A program made the position numbers and the translations under genes. The notes below the pieces were generated by a model. It was given only the letters and a program-made list of their open reading frames with translations, did no database searches and was not told the DNA's origin. Shown here piece by piece: positions 18,651 to 28,389 of a stretch of DNA of 64,000 bases; position 1 is the first letter of the stretch; every line of letters begins with the position of its first letter. Origin of the DNA: Candidatus Eiseniibacteriota bacterium (lineage in GTDB: Bacteria > Arandabacterota > Arandabacteria > Arandabacterales > Arandabacteraceae); NCBI GenBank assembly GCA_043810925.1, contig JBDRNT010000106.1, forward strand, positions 28,942 to 92,941, in the 5' to 3' direction.

Positions 18651-20729
18651 ATGCTTGATGCCCTGTTCAGACCGAGATCGGTTGCGATCATTGGAGCTTC
18701 GAATAACCCCCTGAGCATCGGCCACATCGTGATGCAGAACCTTCTTGATCATGATTTCAAGGGCCCGATCTATCCCATAAACCCGAAGGCCAGGTTCATA
18801 AAGAGTTTCCGGTGCTATCCTTCGATCGCCGACGTGCCGGATGAAATCGACCTGGTCAATATCTCGATCAAGAACACGCTCGTCCCGTATGTGCTGGAGG
18901 ACTGCGGCAAGAAGGGCGTCAAGTTCGCGATCGTCCACACGGCAGGTTTTAAGGAAGTCGGGGGAGACGGAATCGCGCTTGAGAAACAGATTGTCGAGGT
19001 CGCCCACAAGTACGGGATGCGGGTCTACGGGCCCAACTCGCAGGGCATCCAGAACTCCGATCCTGAAGTTTCGGTTTATGCCAATTTCACCTTTGTTCCC
19101 ATGAGTCCCGGGAACATCTCGATTGTCGCCCAGAGTGGCGGGGTGGGAGAAACCCTGAAACTGCACCTCTATAACGTCGGGAAGGGCATAAGGATGTATT
19201 CGAGCTTCGGTAACGAAGCCGATGTCAGCATGAACGAGATCATCGACTACTACGGTCAGGATGACGAGACCAAGGCGATAATGGTCCACATCGAAACGCT
19301 CAAGGACCCGCAAGGCTTTCTTGAAGTCGCAAAGCGCACAACGCCTAAGAAACCGATACTTGCCCTCAAGGCAGGCAGGACGGCGGAAGGGATCTCGGCG
19401 GTCGCATCTCACACGGGCAGGCTTGTCGACCAGGATACGCTGACCGACGCTATTTTCGAAAAGGCAGGGGTGCTCCGCTTTCACTCCCAGGACGACATGA
19501 TAAAGACGGCCATAGCCTTTTCCGACCAGGCGGTTCCCAGGGGTGACAGGGTCGTGGTCGTCACAAACACCGGCGGACCTGCGATCATCGCCGTTGATGA
19601 ATGTATGTCACGCGGGCTTAAGCTCGCCAAGTTAAGCGCCAAGACCAAAGAGACCTTGCGCAAACTCGTGTTTGCGGAAGCCATCGTCTCCAACCCCGTT
19701 GATGTGATCGCCACAGCCGGTCCGGAGCAGTACGGCGGCACTGTGGAGGCGCTTCTTAAGGATCCCAACATCGATTCGGTCCTGCTTGTTTTCGTGACGG
19801 CTCCGTTCGCGGATTGCGAGGGAATCGCCCGCAAACTCAATGCCCTGGGTAAGACCTCGAAAAAACCCATAGTCTGCCAGGTGATGACCATAGATAAATG
19901 GGCCAATGTTGTGCGGATCATACGGGATGGTGGTATCCCGGTTTATGATTACGCCGAGACCGCCGCGAGGGTGCTCTCATCGATGACCCGGTACGGGAAG
20001 TTCGTCCAGCGAAAGGCGCCCGTTTTCAGGAAGTACAAGTGCGATGTCAAGAAGGCCGGGGCGATCGTCAAGCGTCACCGGGGCAAGGGACGGTTCCTGC
20101 CATCTGATGATGTCTATGATCTGCTTAAGTGTTACGGCATACCGGCTGCGAAGACAGTGCGGATCACAAAGAAGACGGAGCTTAAGACGGCCGCGAAAAG
20201 GGTCGGGTTCCCGCTTGTTCTTAAGGTCGATGCCGAGAGTCTGCTTCACAAGTCCGATGCCGGAGGCGTGGCACTCGATATCAAGACCGAACGGGCACTC
20301 ATCAGCGCGTATGACAGGATGGCCAAGAAGTTCGCGAAGGCCAAGCCGGCGTTTATCCTCCAGGAGTACATGAAGGGTGGCAGGGAAGTGATCATGGGGA
20401 TTAAGGGCAATGAGGGTCTTGCCCCCACGATGATGTTCGGTCTGGGTGGAGTGTTTGTGGAGATCATGAAGGACGTTCAGTTCAGACTTGCGCCGCTTTC
20501 AAATGAAGACGCCATGAGTATGATCGGCTCGATCAAGGGCTTCCCCGTACTTCAAGGTGTGAGAGGGGAGAAGGCGGCCGACATAGATGAACTTGCCGAG
20601 ATTCTGATCCGCCTTTCCATGCTGGGCGCGGACTTTCCCGTGATAGAAGAGATGGATGTGAACCCCGTGCTGGCGTTTCCGAAGGGTAAGGGTGCTGCCG
20701 TTGTGGATGCGCGGATAAAGATCGGGTAA
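18651..20729 (+). CDS. ADP-forming acyl-CoA synthetase (acetate-CoA ligase alpha/beta fusion)
   Basis: LFRPRSVAIIGAS, GPNSQG, SHTG phospho-His, NPVD, C-terminal ATP-grasp HKSDAGGV...DARI. Confidence 0.92.
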   Translation: MLDALFRPRSVAIIGASNNPLSIGHIVMQNLLDHDFKGPIYPINPKARFIKSFRCYPSIADVPDEIDLVNISIKNTLVPYVLEDCGKKGVKFAIVHTAGFKEVGGDGIALEKQIVEVAHKYGMRVYGPNSQGIQNSDPEVSVYANFTFVPMSPGNISIVAQSGGVGETLKLHLYNVGKGIRMYSSFGNEADVSMNEIIDYYGQDDETKAIMVHIETLKDPQGFLEVAKRTTPKKPILALKAGRTAEGISAVASHTGRLVDQDTLTDAIFEKAGVLRFHSQDDMIKTAIAFSDQAVPRGDRVVVVTNTGGPAIIAVDECMSRGLKLAKLSAKTKETLRKLVFAEAIVSNPVDVIATAGPEQYGGTVEALLKDPNIDSVLLVFVTAPFADCEGIARKLNALGKTSKKPIVCQVMTIDKWANVVRIIRDGGIPVYDYAETAARVLSSMTRYGKFVQRKAPVFRKYKCDVKKAGAIVKRHRGKGRFLPSDDVYDLLKCYGIPAAKTVRITKKTELKTAAKRVGFPLVLKVDAESLLHKSDAGGVALDIKTERALISAYDRMAKKFAKAKPAFILQEYMKGGREVIMGIKGNEGLAPTMMFGLGGVFVEIMKDVQFRLAPLSNEDAMSMIGSIKGFPVLQGVRGEKAADIDELAEILIRLSMLGADFPVIEEMDVNPVLAFPKGKGAAVVDARIKIG

Positions 20730-20747
20730 CGATAAGCAGGACTGCGC

Positions 20748-22394
20748 TTAAATATAGCCCAGACCCTTGAGGCGGTCTATCACCTCATCGTCCTTGTCGC
20801 TATCGGGTTTTTCGACCTCGCTTCGCTCGAATGAGCGCCGCTTGTGGTCTTTCCGGTCCGAGATGAACTCCTCGGTGAAGGCTTCGCTTATGACCCTGCC
20901 GTCAAAATCCTCGCTCGGCGGCAGGTTCTGTATGAACATCACTGTCGGCAAGATGTCTTCGATGTCGGCCGCTATGTTCTTGCCGGCCACGACACCTTTA
21001 CCTGCGATGAGATACATACCGTCTATGCGATGGTCACCCTGTTTCCACGGATAGGGTTCTCCGAAGATCTGTGAGGTCCCACGGGGGCCGTAGTAGGTTG
21101 CGTAGTGGTTCTTTTCGGTAAACTCATAGATGATATCCGGTGCGTCCTTGGCACCGGATGTGCCGTAGAGATCGTCCGCAAAGTGCACCTTCTCGATAAG
21201 CCGCGTCCCGTCGGCGACCGTTATGCCGAGAAGTTCCTGCTTGATCTCCTCTCTCAGGTTCTCAAACTCTTCACCCGGTTTGACGATCCCGTACTGGTCT
21301 CTGCCCACGAGGTTTATCCTGATGCTGTCGGTCGAATAGACATACGCCTTGGTCCGGCCCCAATCGATGTCGGATGTACCGGCGAATATCAGTTTCTTTG
21401 CCAGTGTCTTCTTCGAACGCTCAAGCGACCGGGCCAGGATCTTGTTGACCCTGAGACCTCTCGCGATCTTCTTCGCAATCCCTACCGCCGTGAGCCTGTT
21501 TCCCTTTCTGGCCAGATAGCCTGCCTTTTCAAGCCAGACATCGAGGTAGAAATTGCCCGAGTACTTGCCGAAGCCATGATCCGAGCAGACAACGAGCAGG
21601 GCCTCGTCCTTGATCCTCGAATAGACCCTCCCGAGCAGCGCATCAAGATACCGGTAGTGGTCATAGATGCTCTTACGGATTTCGGGATGAGCTGCTTCAT
21701 CCTCAAAAAGATCCCAGAAGTAGTGCTGGATCCTGTCCATGCTTACCATGGTGACCATGAAGAGGTCCCACTCCTTGGAATCGAGCAGATGGAAAACCGC
21801 CTTCTCCCGCTCTTCACTCACATGCTTCAGGTCATCTAAGAACGCGACCGCACCGTTACCGAGGTAGGCCGTGATCTTCTGGACGAAATCCGCCCCCTGC
21901 TCCCGACCGAACCCGATATCGATCTTGTAGTCGATACTGTGCTCACGGAGCTCACTCATCAGGTCTTCCGGGAAGTAGAACCTGCTTTCCTTCGAGGGAG
22001 TCATCATCCCGGTTATCACCGTACCGTCCTTCGGATGTGGCGGGTAGGTCATCGGCATATTGACTGAGATCACACGCTTGTCGATCTGGTTATAGATATC
22101 GAAGACCATGGGGGCTTTTATCTGTGAGCGGTCGGTGAGGCGGGTGAGGATAACACCGTCCTTGTTCTCCATACTATGACACCCGAAGATGCCGTGCTTA
22201 AACGGTCTCACGCCTGTGAGCACGCTTGACCAGGCCACCGGTGTGGAATAGGGGATAGTCGAGCGCAACACTCCCTTTGTGCCCCCGCTGGAGAGTGCCG
22301 CCAGGTTGGGCATCACACCCTCTGCGATAAGCTTATCCAGCACCCGCCACGTGGCGCCGTCAAGGCCGAGTAAGAATACTTTAGGTGGTGTCAT
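20748..22394 (-). CDS. alkaline phosphatase superfamily phosphodiesterase/nucleotide pyrophosphatase
   Basis: LGLDGATW, STIP..TPVAW, SDHGFG, GDHR; C-terminal RLKGLGYI. Start may be 22415. Confidence 0.88.
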   Translation of the reverse strand: MTPPKVFLLGLDGATWRVLDKLIAEGVMPNLAALSSGGTKGVLRSTIPYSTPVAWSSVLTGVRPFKHGIFGCHSMENKDGVILTRLTDRSQIKAPMVFDIYNQIDKRVISVNMPMTYPPHPKDGTVITGMMTPSKESRFYFPEDLMSELREHSIDYKIDIGFGREQGADFVQKITAYLGNGAVAFLDDLKHVSEEREKAVFHLLDSKEWDLFMVTMVSMDRIQHYFWDLFEDEAAHPEIRKSIYDHYRYLDALLGRVYSRIKDEALLVVCSDHGFGKYSGNFYLDVWLEKAGYLARKGNRLTAVGIAKKIARGLRVNKILARSLERSKKTLAKKLIFAGTSDIDWGRTKAYVYSTDSIRINLVGRDQYGIVKPGEEFENLREEIKQELLGITVADGTRLIEKVHFADDLYGTSGAKDAPDIIYEFTEKNHYATYYGPRGTSQIFGEPYPWKQGDHRIDGMYLIAGKGVVAGKNIAADIEDILPTVMFIQNLPPSEDFDGRVISEAFTEEFISDRKDHKRRSFERSEVEKPDSDKDDEVIDRLKGLGYI

Positions 22395-22451
22395 ATCGGT
22401 CTTCTTTCGATCCAACCTTATATTCTAACATAAATCAGTCCGGGGCGAACA

Positions 22452-22583
22452 TAATTTCCGGACACCATACTTAATTATCGAAGGTGGGCCTCCTATCGAT
22501 GCTACCTGTCCCGCCGGATCGTAGTGCAGTCATTCCCATCTTTAGGATCTATCCGACATTTGAGTATGGTGTCCCCGAAATTA
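22452..22583. repeat. MITE/REPIN-like element with ~26-bp imperfect terminal inverted repeats
   Basis: TAATTTCCGGACACCATACTTAATT (22452-) and ATTTGAGTATGGTGTCCCCGAAATTA (22558-22583) are inverted; related to 35659-35716. Confidence 0.65.
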
Positions 22584-23768
22584 CGTAGCACGCTTAGAAG
22601 CTATATCGGCAAACAGCGCTTCGTACTTCTTTATCACTGTCGAAATATCGTGGTTTTCCTTGAAGTAGGCCCGGCAGTTTGCGTAGAGCTCTTCCATACG
22701 TTTACCGGAAAGCGTCCTGATGAACTCGGTTGCCTGGGCGATATCTCCATTACAACAGTGCCCGATATCGAGCCTGTCGAGTATGCCGTCCGGATTGACA
22801 TTTAGACCGACCACGGGCGTTCCGCCCATAAGGGCCTGTACGAATGAATTGGGAAACCCCTCGTGAGTGGAAGTGTTGACCAGACATTTCGCGCGGTTGT
22901 AGGTCTCCTGTATCGTCTTCGGGTCGATGAAGTCAACCACCTCAAGATTGCTCAGCTTTTCGGACTCACGGACGACCTCGTCCTTAAGTGCACCCTTGCC
23001 GGGAAAGACCATCAGGAACCGTTCCTTTGGTAGAGACCTTGCGAGTTCCACAAATTTCATCGGCTGCTTAAGCGGGATGCCCCTTCCAACCCAGAGCACG
23101 TTCTCTTTCCGGCGGACGATGTCGGGCGGGGTGGGGATATCCCACAGGGCGTTCTTGATTTCCACGGTCTTCTTATTCAGCTCTGATTCAAGGATGTGCC
23201 GCTGGGCCGCATTCTGGGCTATGACGAAGTCCGTATGCCTCAGACCGAATGCGAAGATGCGATAGAAGGTGTCGGACTTCTTGTCCTCGGACGGTTTGAT
23301 GTCGAGATCACTTGCAATCCGGTAGACCGTTGGCTTTCGCATGAGGAACTTTCTTACAAGAACCACGTATCCCCAGAGTTCACTGTGGGCCTCTGAGAAA
23401 AACACATCGGAACGATCGTTAAGTACCGTCCAGAAACAGAGAACCCGCCGGACGATCTTATGGTACCACTTCGGATATGCGTCAGGCTCCCAGTAAGGGA
23501 ATTTCCTCATGGTGAGATTATCAGTGATCCGCATCATGTCTTCCTGGCCGTAATCGCCCGTATAGAAGGTTATCGCGAAGTCCTTATTCTTCGCGAGCTC
23601 CGTAGCGATCACGTAGAAATCCATCTCCGCTCCGCCGACCTCATCCTCAAAGGCGCTGCTGTCCTTAAGGAAGAGCGGATATGCCTTGTGCATGTAAAAA
23701 GAGATGGTAACAGGCGCTTTCACGCCATGCAGTTTAGTCTGGAACTCTGCCGGGGTCAAGTTCTTCAT
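22581..23768 (-). CDS. glycosyltransferase family 4 (GT-B)
   Basis: GGAE, WVGR...KQP, TSTHEGFPNSFVQA. Confidence 0.88.
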   Translation of the reverse strand: MKNLTPAEFQTKLHGVKAPVTISFYMHKAYPLFLKDSSAFEDEVGGAEMDFYVIATELAKNKDFAITFYTGDYGQEDMMRITDNLTMRKFPYWEPDAYPKWYHKIVRRVLCFWTVLNDRSDVFFSEAHSELWGYVVLVRKFLMRKPTVYRIASDLDIKPSEDKKSDTFYRIFAFGLRHTDFVIAQNAAQRHILESELNKKTVEIKNALWDIPTPPDIVRRKENVLWVGRGIPLKQPMKFVELARSLPKERFLMVFPGKGALKDEVVRESEKLSNLEVVDFIDPKTIQETYNRAKCLVNTSTHEGFPNSFVQALMGGTPVVGLNVNPDGILDRLDIGHCCNGDIAQATEFIRTLSGKRMEELYANCRAYFKENHDISTVIKKYEALFADIASKRAT

Positions 23769-23783
23769 TGGCCCGGGGGCCGG

Positions 23784-24800
23784 TTACACCTTTGTCGCGA
23801 CTATCCTGTAGCCGCGCGCATACTTGATGGTGTACTTCGTAAACGCTTTGAGGATATGGTTCGCAAACCTTATTGCAGGATTCCCACCCGCGCCACCGAA
23901 ATAGGAGTAGACCTGAGTCTTGAATCCGAAGGCTTCCATTCGCCGGGCGAGTTCCTGCGGGTGGTGGAACCGCTCAAGCACGGAGCCGAACCCCGGATGA
24001 ACCGGGCATTCGTCGTCCTTAAAGGTCCGGTCGGGCATTACACCCTGCTCTTCCTTGAGCCTGCATGCCTTTAGGATCTCATCCCTGGTCATGCCTGAGG
24101 TACGCGTCGCGACTGCTGTGATATCTTCCTCACTCCACTCGGGATACGCATCCCGGATCATATCCTTCCGTATGTCCTCGTACGCCTCCTCTATGATGTG
24201 AGACCCGACCCTTCCGGTAGGACCCTGCTCGAATCGTCTCCAGAGCTCCTTGCACTCACTTACTATTTTCGGGTTGGCACCGTTATTTCCGTCTGAAATG
24301 AGGAGAATTCCGCCGGGCCTCAGGATCCGCGCGGATTCCTCAAAGAACAAGTCCGGCTCCCGGTAATGCGAGATCGCCTCAACCGAGAGGACAAGATCGA
24401 ACTTGCCGTCCTCATAGTCACTCCGCATTATGTTTCCCACGATGGGGTATACGGGAAGGTCCACGGCCCCGGCCTTGAGGTTACGCAAGCACTCCTTGAA
24501 TACGTCCAGTCTTTCTTCCATTATATCGATCCCGTGCGCTTCCTTCGCTCCGAGAATTGCGAGGAGCATACACATCATGCCGTAGCCGCAGCCTGCATCC
24601 AGGACGACCATGCCATCGATCGACTTCGTGGTCAGATTGAGGAGGTCAACAACACCGCGCAGATACTCCAGAGTCAGATCCGGTCTTTCCAGCGGTCCGT
24701 AGTAGCGCCGGAGGGCATCCTTTGCGGATATTCCCTCGGCATCGCTGAATATCCGGGAGACGACAGCCCTGAATCGCTCAATGTTTTTCTGATTCAACAT
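23784..24800 (-). CDS. class I SAM-dependent methyltransferase
   Basis: VLDAGCGYG, FDLVLS, RILRPGG; ATG at 24800 overlaps the upstream TGA. Confidence 0.85.
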   Translation of the reverse strand: MLNQKNIERFRAVVSRIFSDAEGISAKDALRRYYGPLERPDLTLEYLRGVVDLLNLTTKSIDGMVVLDAGCGYGMMCMLLAILGAKEAHGIDIMEERLDVFKECLRNLKAGAVDLPVYPIVGNIMRSDYEDGKFDLVLSVEAISHYREPDLFFEESARILRPGGILLISDGNNGANPKIVSECKELWRRFEQGPTGRVGSHIIEEAYEDIRKDMIRDAYPEWSEEDITAVATRTSGMTRDEILKACRLKEEQGVMPDRTFKDDECPVHPGFGSVLERFHHPQELARRMEAFGFKTQVYSYFGGAGGNPAIRFANHILKAFTKYTIKYARGYRIVATKV

Positions 24801-26083
24801 CAGTTCCCCATGAAGAGCCTGTAGTAGATGAAGAAAAGAAGGAATCCACCCAGGAACACAATACCAAGGACCGCAAGTCCGCGAAGCCAGGGCGCGGGCC
24901 TGCATTCCGCCGGTACGTACTTGGCTGTGATGGCCCTGTATGTCAGGAACCCGAGGAATGGGCCGGTGATAAACGAAAGTGTTGTCGCCAGATCGACAAG
25001 CGCCTTCAGGCTCTTAAGATAGAAGGCGATTATGAGCATAGCCCCCACGGCCATTATGCCCATCCACAGCCAGTAGTCCCAGGAATTCCCCGAGCGCTCA
25101 AGTACATCCACCGGGTCCTCCGGGGTTCTGAAGCGCCGCGCCACTAGCTGCAAACCCCTCGGGAAACCGTCAACCACCGTGAGTACCGTTGAAAAGATCG
25201 TTGTGAAGGCGGAAATTGCGATTATCGGTCTGCTCCACGAGCCAAGCGTAGACGTGTAAAGGTCGATCACCTGACCCGCGAATGCGGCGGAGCTGCTCTG
25301 GAACGTCATGCCCTTGTCAAACATCACCGCGGTACCCAGCGTACAGAACATAAGGGCCAGGGCACCGGTTGCGATATAGCCGAGATTGAAGTCGAAGAGA
25401 CTTGCCTTGAGCGTCGGGGTGCAACCCGTCTCTTTCTTGCGTGCAAGCGTCCAGAACGACTGCCAGACACTGACGTCCATTCCGGTCGGCATCCATCCCA
25501 CGAGTCCCACGATGAATGCAACATCGATCAACCGAACCGGCCCCCAGAGGCTTGCCCCCTTGAGTTTGGGAAGCACCACTATGGTGGCCGCGACCGTGGA
25601 GACTACGAGCAAGGCCATGACGACCTTGATCACCTTGTCAAGCAGCGGATAACGGCCGATGATGAGTATCAAGACACATGCTGCGATAATGATTGCCGAC
25701 CACGCAGCCAGTGGGAGCGTAAGCGCCGTCATCTGGATTGCAAGCCCCGCAGTCACGGCTGTCACCGCGGCCAGGACCGTAAACATCGTCCCTACCGTGA
25801 GAATGAGATAGAGCACAAGACTCCACTTGCCCTGGCGACGGTAGCCTTCAAGCAGACTGTTTCCGGTGGCGGCGGCATACCGCTGGCCGAATTCAAAGAG
25901 CGGGTACTTAAGAAGCAGCGCCAGCACGATTACCCAGAGAAGCGAGAAACCGTAGCCGGCACCCGCGCGGGTTGATTGAACAACATGGGAAACCCCGACA
26001 GAGACTGCGGCAAACAGGAACCCCGGGCCCAGGGCCTTCATTATGCCGCCTTTGGCGGTCACTACCTTGCTCCGGCTACTCAT
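24800..26083 (-). CDS. NRAMP-like divalent metal transporter family membrane protein
   Basis: LGPGFLFAAVSVGVSH, GAGYG, LLEGY, VGWMPT; about 11 hydrophobic segments; GGAGG before ATG 26083. Confidence 0.8.
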   Translation of the reverse strand: MSSRSKVVTAKGGIMKALGPGFLFAAVSVGVSHVVQSTRAGAGYGFSLLWVIVLALLLKYPLFEFGQRYAAATGNSLLEGYRRQGKWSLVLYLILTVGTMFTVLAAVTAVTAGLAIQMTALTLPLAAWSAIIIAACVLILIIGRYPLLDKVIKVVMALLVVSTVAATIVVLPKLKGASLWGPVRLIDVAFIVGLVGWMPTGMDVSVWQSFWTLARKKETGCTPTLKASLFDFNLGYIATGALALMFCTLGTAVMFDKGMTFQSSSAAFAGQVIDLYTSTLGSWSRPIIAISAFTTIFSTVLTVVDGFPRGLQLVARRFRTPEDPVDVLERSGNSWDYWLWMGIMAVGAMLIIAFYLKSLKALVDLATTLSFITGPFLGFLTYRAITAKYVPAECRPAPWLRGLAVLGIVFLGGFLLFFIYYRLFMGN

Positions 26084-26147
26084 TGTCTCCTCCGCGCTGA
26101 CTGACACGCGGTGGAGTTTATCATCAGAAGCGGGGAATGACAAGACA

Positions 26148-26181
26148 AAGCCCCGGAGCCAACATCGCGACTCCGGGGCTT
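26148..26181 (-). terminator. putative intrinsic terminator
   Basis: 11-bp inverted repeat AAGCCCCGGAG/CTCCGGGGCTT downstream of 26216-26728, with a weak T-rich tail on the minus strand. Confidence 0.5.
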
Positions 26182-26215
26182 GGGTTAGATCGGCCTACTC
26201 AATCACCATTCGATA

Positions 26216-26728
26216 TCAACGTCCCGCACGTATTGGGGGATCCCCGCACCGGTGAATCACCAGGTTGCCGTGGATCACTTCCCACCACTCCGGCGGCTGG
26301 CTGGCGTGGCATCCGGGATCATAGCTGTAGAGCGTCGCGCCGATCAAGTCGTTCTCGGCGCCGGACGATCCACCGTCCCTGGTCCAGACCTGCACCCACT
26401 GGCCTTCCCATTCCCGCATATTGGTTTTTACCACGGGTCCGGAGAAAGTCGCACAGCAGCAGCATTCACACAGACGGATGTACACGCAATCGACGTCGAT
26501 CCTGGCTTCCCGACCCATGGAATCACTGTACTTAAACATACCTTTGGCCGGGCGCCCGTCTTGCTCCGCATGCGCTTCGAATTCAGCCTTAGCCGTAACC
26601 TCACCGATGTCTTCCATCCTCGTAAACTCCACACCACCCGTCACCTTCGGCGGCGGGCCGGCATAAAGCGAGACCACGCTTCCGATAAGGAAGAGGGTTA
26701 ACACGACTCCCATTCCAAATGCTTTCAC
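26216..26728 (-). CDS. secreted Cys-rich hypothetical protein
   Basis: GGAGG RBS, signal peptide, beta-rich composition, CECCCC cluster. Confidence 0.7.
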   Translation of the reverse strand: MKAFGMGVVLTLFLIGSVVSLYAGPPPKVTGGVEFTRMEDIGEVTAKAEFEAHAEQDGRPAKGMFKYSDSMGREARIDVDCVYIRLCECCCCATFSGPVVKTNMREWEGQWVQVWTRDGGSSGAENDLIGATLYSYDPGCHASQPPEWWEVIHGNLVIHRCGDPPIRAGR

Positions 26729-27008
26729 AACCGCACCTCCATCCTTCCTGGCAAGTCGACAAAACCACGCTCACGGGATACCGTTATCCTCATGTAAGCC
26801 CCTAGTGTAGCACAGTGCTTGAGCCATGTCAATCAGTACGTGTCCGGGCACACGGCATTAGTCAATCGACATCAAATCCGACAAATACCGGCAAGAAACC
26901 CATGCTGGTTTTCGCTGCCGGGCTCCTTCGACCACATGAGCTCTCCCGTGGATGACTCATCTTCCCCTTAAGAATCTGATTGACAGGATTTCTACTCGTG
27001 GTAAAGTA

Positions 27009-27035
27009 GTATTACATAATTGAATATCGTAATAC
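27009..27035 (+). promoter_or_regulatory. NikR operator candidate
   Basis: Perfect inverted repeat GTATTAC-N13-GTAATAC just downstream of TTGACA (26980)/TAAAGT (27002) and upstream of nikR. Confidence 0.75.
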
Positions 27036-27050
27036 GCAAGGAGGACTGCG

Positions 27051-27464
27051 ATGTCGGCACTTGTACGGGTCAGTGTTTCGATCGATGGGGATCTGCTTGA
27101 GCGGTTCGACAGGCAGATCACGGCGCGAGGTTATCCTACCAGGTCCAAGGCCGTCGCCGATTTGATGCGGGACAGCCTGGTGGAAGAAGAGTGGAAGGCG
27201 GGGAAAGATGTGGCCGCTGCCATCATCCTGGTCTACGACCACCACAGGCGTGATCTCAGCAGGAGGCTCACCCATATTCAGCATGATTATCACGATCTCA
27301 TCATCTCATCCCAGCACGTCCATCTCGATCACGACAACTGCTTCGAGACCGTTGTCGTGAGAGGTGCCGCCAAGAAGATCAGGGCGCTGACAGGCGCGCT
27401 TAAGGCGGCCAAGGGGGTCAAGTACACTTCGGTTGCGACCGCGACCACGGGGAGGGAGTTATGA
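27051..27464 (+). CDS. nikR: nickel-responsive regulator NikR
   Basis: RVSVSI RHH, RGYPTRSKA, YDHH, QHVHLDHDNCFE. Confidence 0.95.
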   Translation: MSALVRVSVSIDGDLLERFDRQITARGYPTRSKAVADLMRDSLVEEEWKAGKDVAAAIILVYDHHRRDLSRRLTHIQHDYHDLIISSQHVHLDHDNCFETVVVRGAAKKIRALTGALKAAKGVKYTSVATATTGREL

Positions 27465-28270
27465 GAGGAGTTATGAGAAATGTGGCGAGAAAGCATGCCA
27501 CACTGTTAGTCGGGACTCTGATAGTGCTTATGACAAGTCTGCCGGCGGCCGGTCACCACGCCATGGAGTATATCGAGATGGAAAGCTTCGGGACTGTCCG
27601 GGGTGGGGAATTCGTATTCCATCTTCATTACGACTATATGGTGGACAACACCTGCAATCCAAGAGAGGACCATTGGGAACTGACCCCGGGCCTATCCTAC
27701 GGCGTCATCGACAAGCTGATGCTGGATGTCCATACGCATTTTGCCAAGTTCGGTCCTGACCTTGTGGTTGAGGAAGAGCGCGCCGGCTACGAGCCGCAGG
27801 GTCCTTCCCCCATGCTCGAAGCAATGGCGGTAAGCCTCCAGTATCCGCTTACTGACGCGTGGCTTCTGGATATCGCCGTGGCCGGAACCGTTGAAATACC
27901 CTTCTCGGACGCGGAGCGACTTCTGGGCAGTGAGGACCTGGTTTATCAAGGTGTCATAATCCTGGGTAGAGGCTTCGAGGATCACAGCAATGTCACGGTG
28001 AACGTGAGTTATGAGAAGGAGGGAGGGGAGGATGCCCTGTCGTGGGCGCTGGGGATCAAGCGGCCGATTTCCGAGAATCCCCATGGCATAGCGGCAGGCG
28101 TCGAGGTCATGGGGGCCGATGAGGATATCGGGGATAACTGGTCGGTACTTCCGGGTGTCTATATGCCCCTGGGCGCTCCGAACATAATTCTCAAGACCGG
28201 GCTGGAGTTCGGCGAGAGTGACGGCGCAAATACGCGAAGGGCTAATGTCACATTGATGTACCTGTTCTAA
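27461..28270 (+). CDS. putative outer-membrane beta-barrel protein
   Basis: Signal peptide followed by GHHAM; alternating beta-strand pattern; C-terminal aromatic VTLMYLF. Alternative start 27473. Confidence 0.65.
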   Translation: MRGVMRNVARKHATLLVGTLIVLMTSLPAAGHHAMEYIEMESFGTVRGGEFVFHLHYDYMVDNTCNPREDHWELTPGLSYGVIDKLMLDVHTHFAKFGPDLVVEEERAGYEPQGPSPMLEAMAVSLQYPLTDAWLLDIAVAGTVEIPFSDAERLLGSEDLVYQGVIILGRGFEDHSNVTVNVSYEKEGGEDALSWALGIKRPISENPHGIAAGVEVMGADEDIGDNWSVLPGVYMPLGAPNIILKTGLEFGESDGANTRRANVTLMYLF

Positions 28271-28278
28271 AACCTTTA

Positions 28279-28375
28279 GGGGTCAGAGCTCAAAAGTTGA
28301 CGCATCTGGGGTCAGAGCTCAAAAGGTGACACATTTGGGGTCAGAGCTCAAAAGGTGCGCCGTGGGGTCTGACCC
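28279..28375. repeat. three 29-bp-period tandem GGGGTCAGAGCTCAAAAG repeats plus inverted TCTGACCC
   Basis: Copies start at 28279, 28308 and 28337; GGGGTCTGACCC at 28364-28375. Confidence 0.85.
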
Positions 28376-28389
28376 TGGAGGGAGGGGGC

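Noticed and set aside
28279-28375. Possible CRISPR array
   Set aside because: The period is only 29 bp, the variable parts are a few nt and similar to each other, and no cas genes are present.
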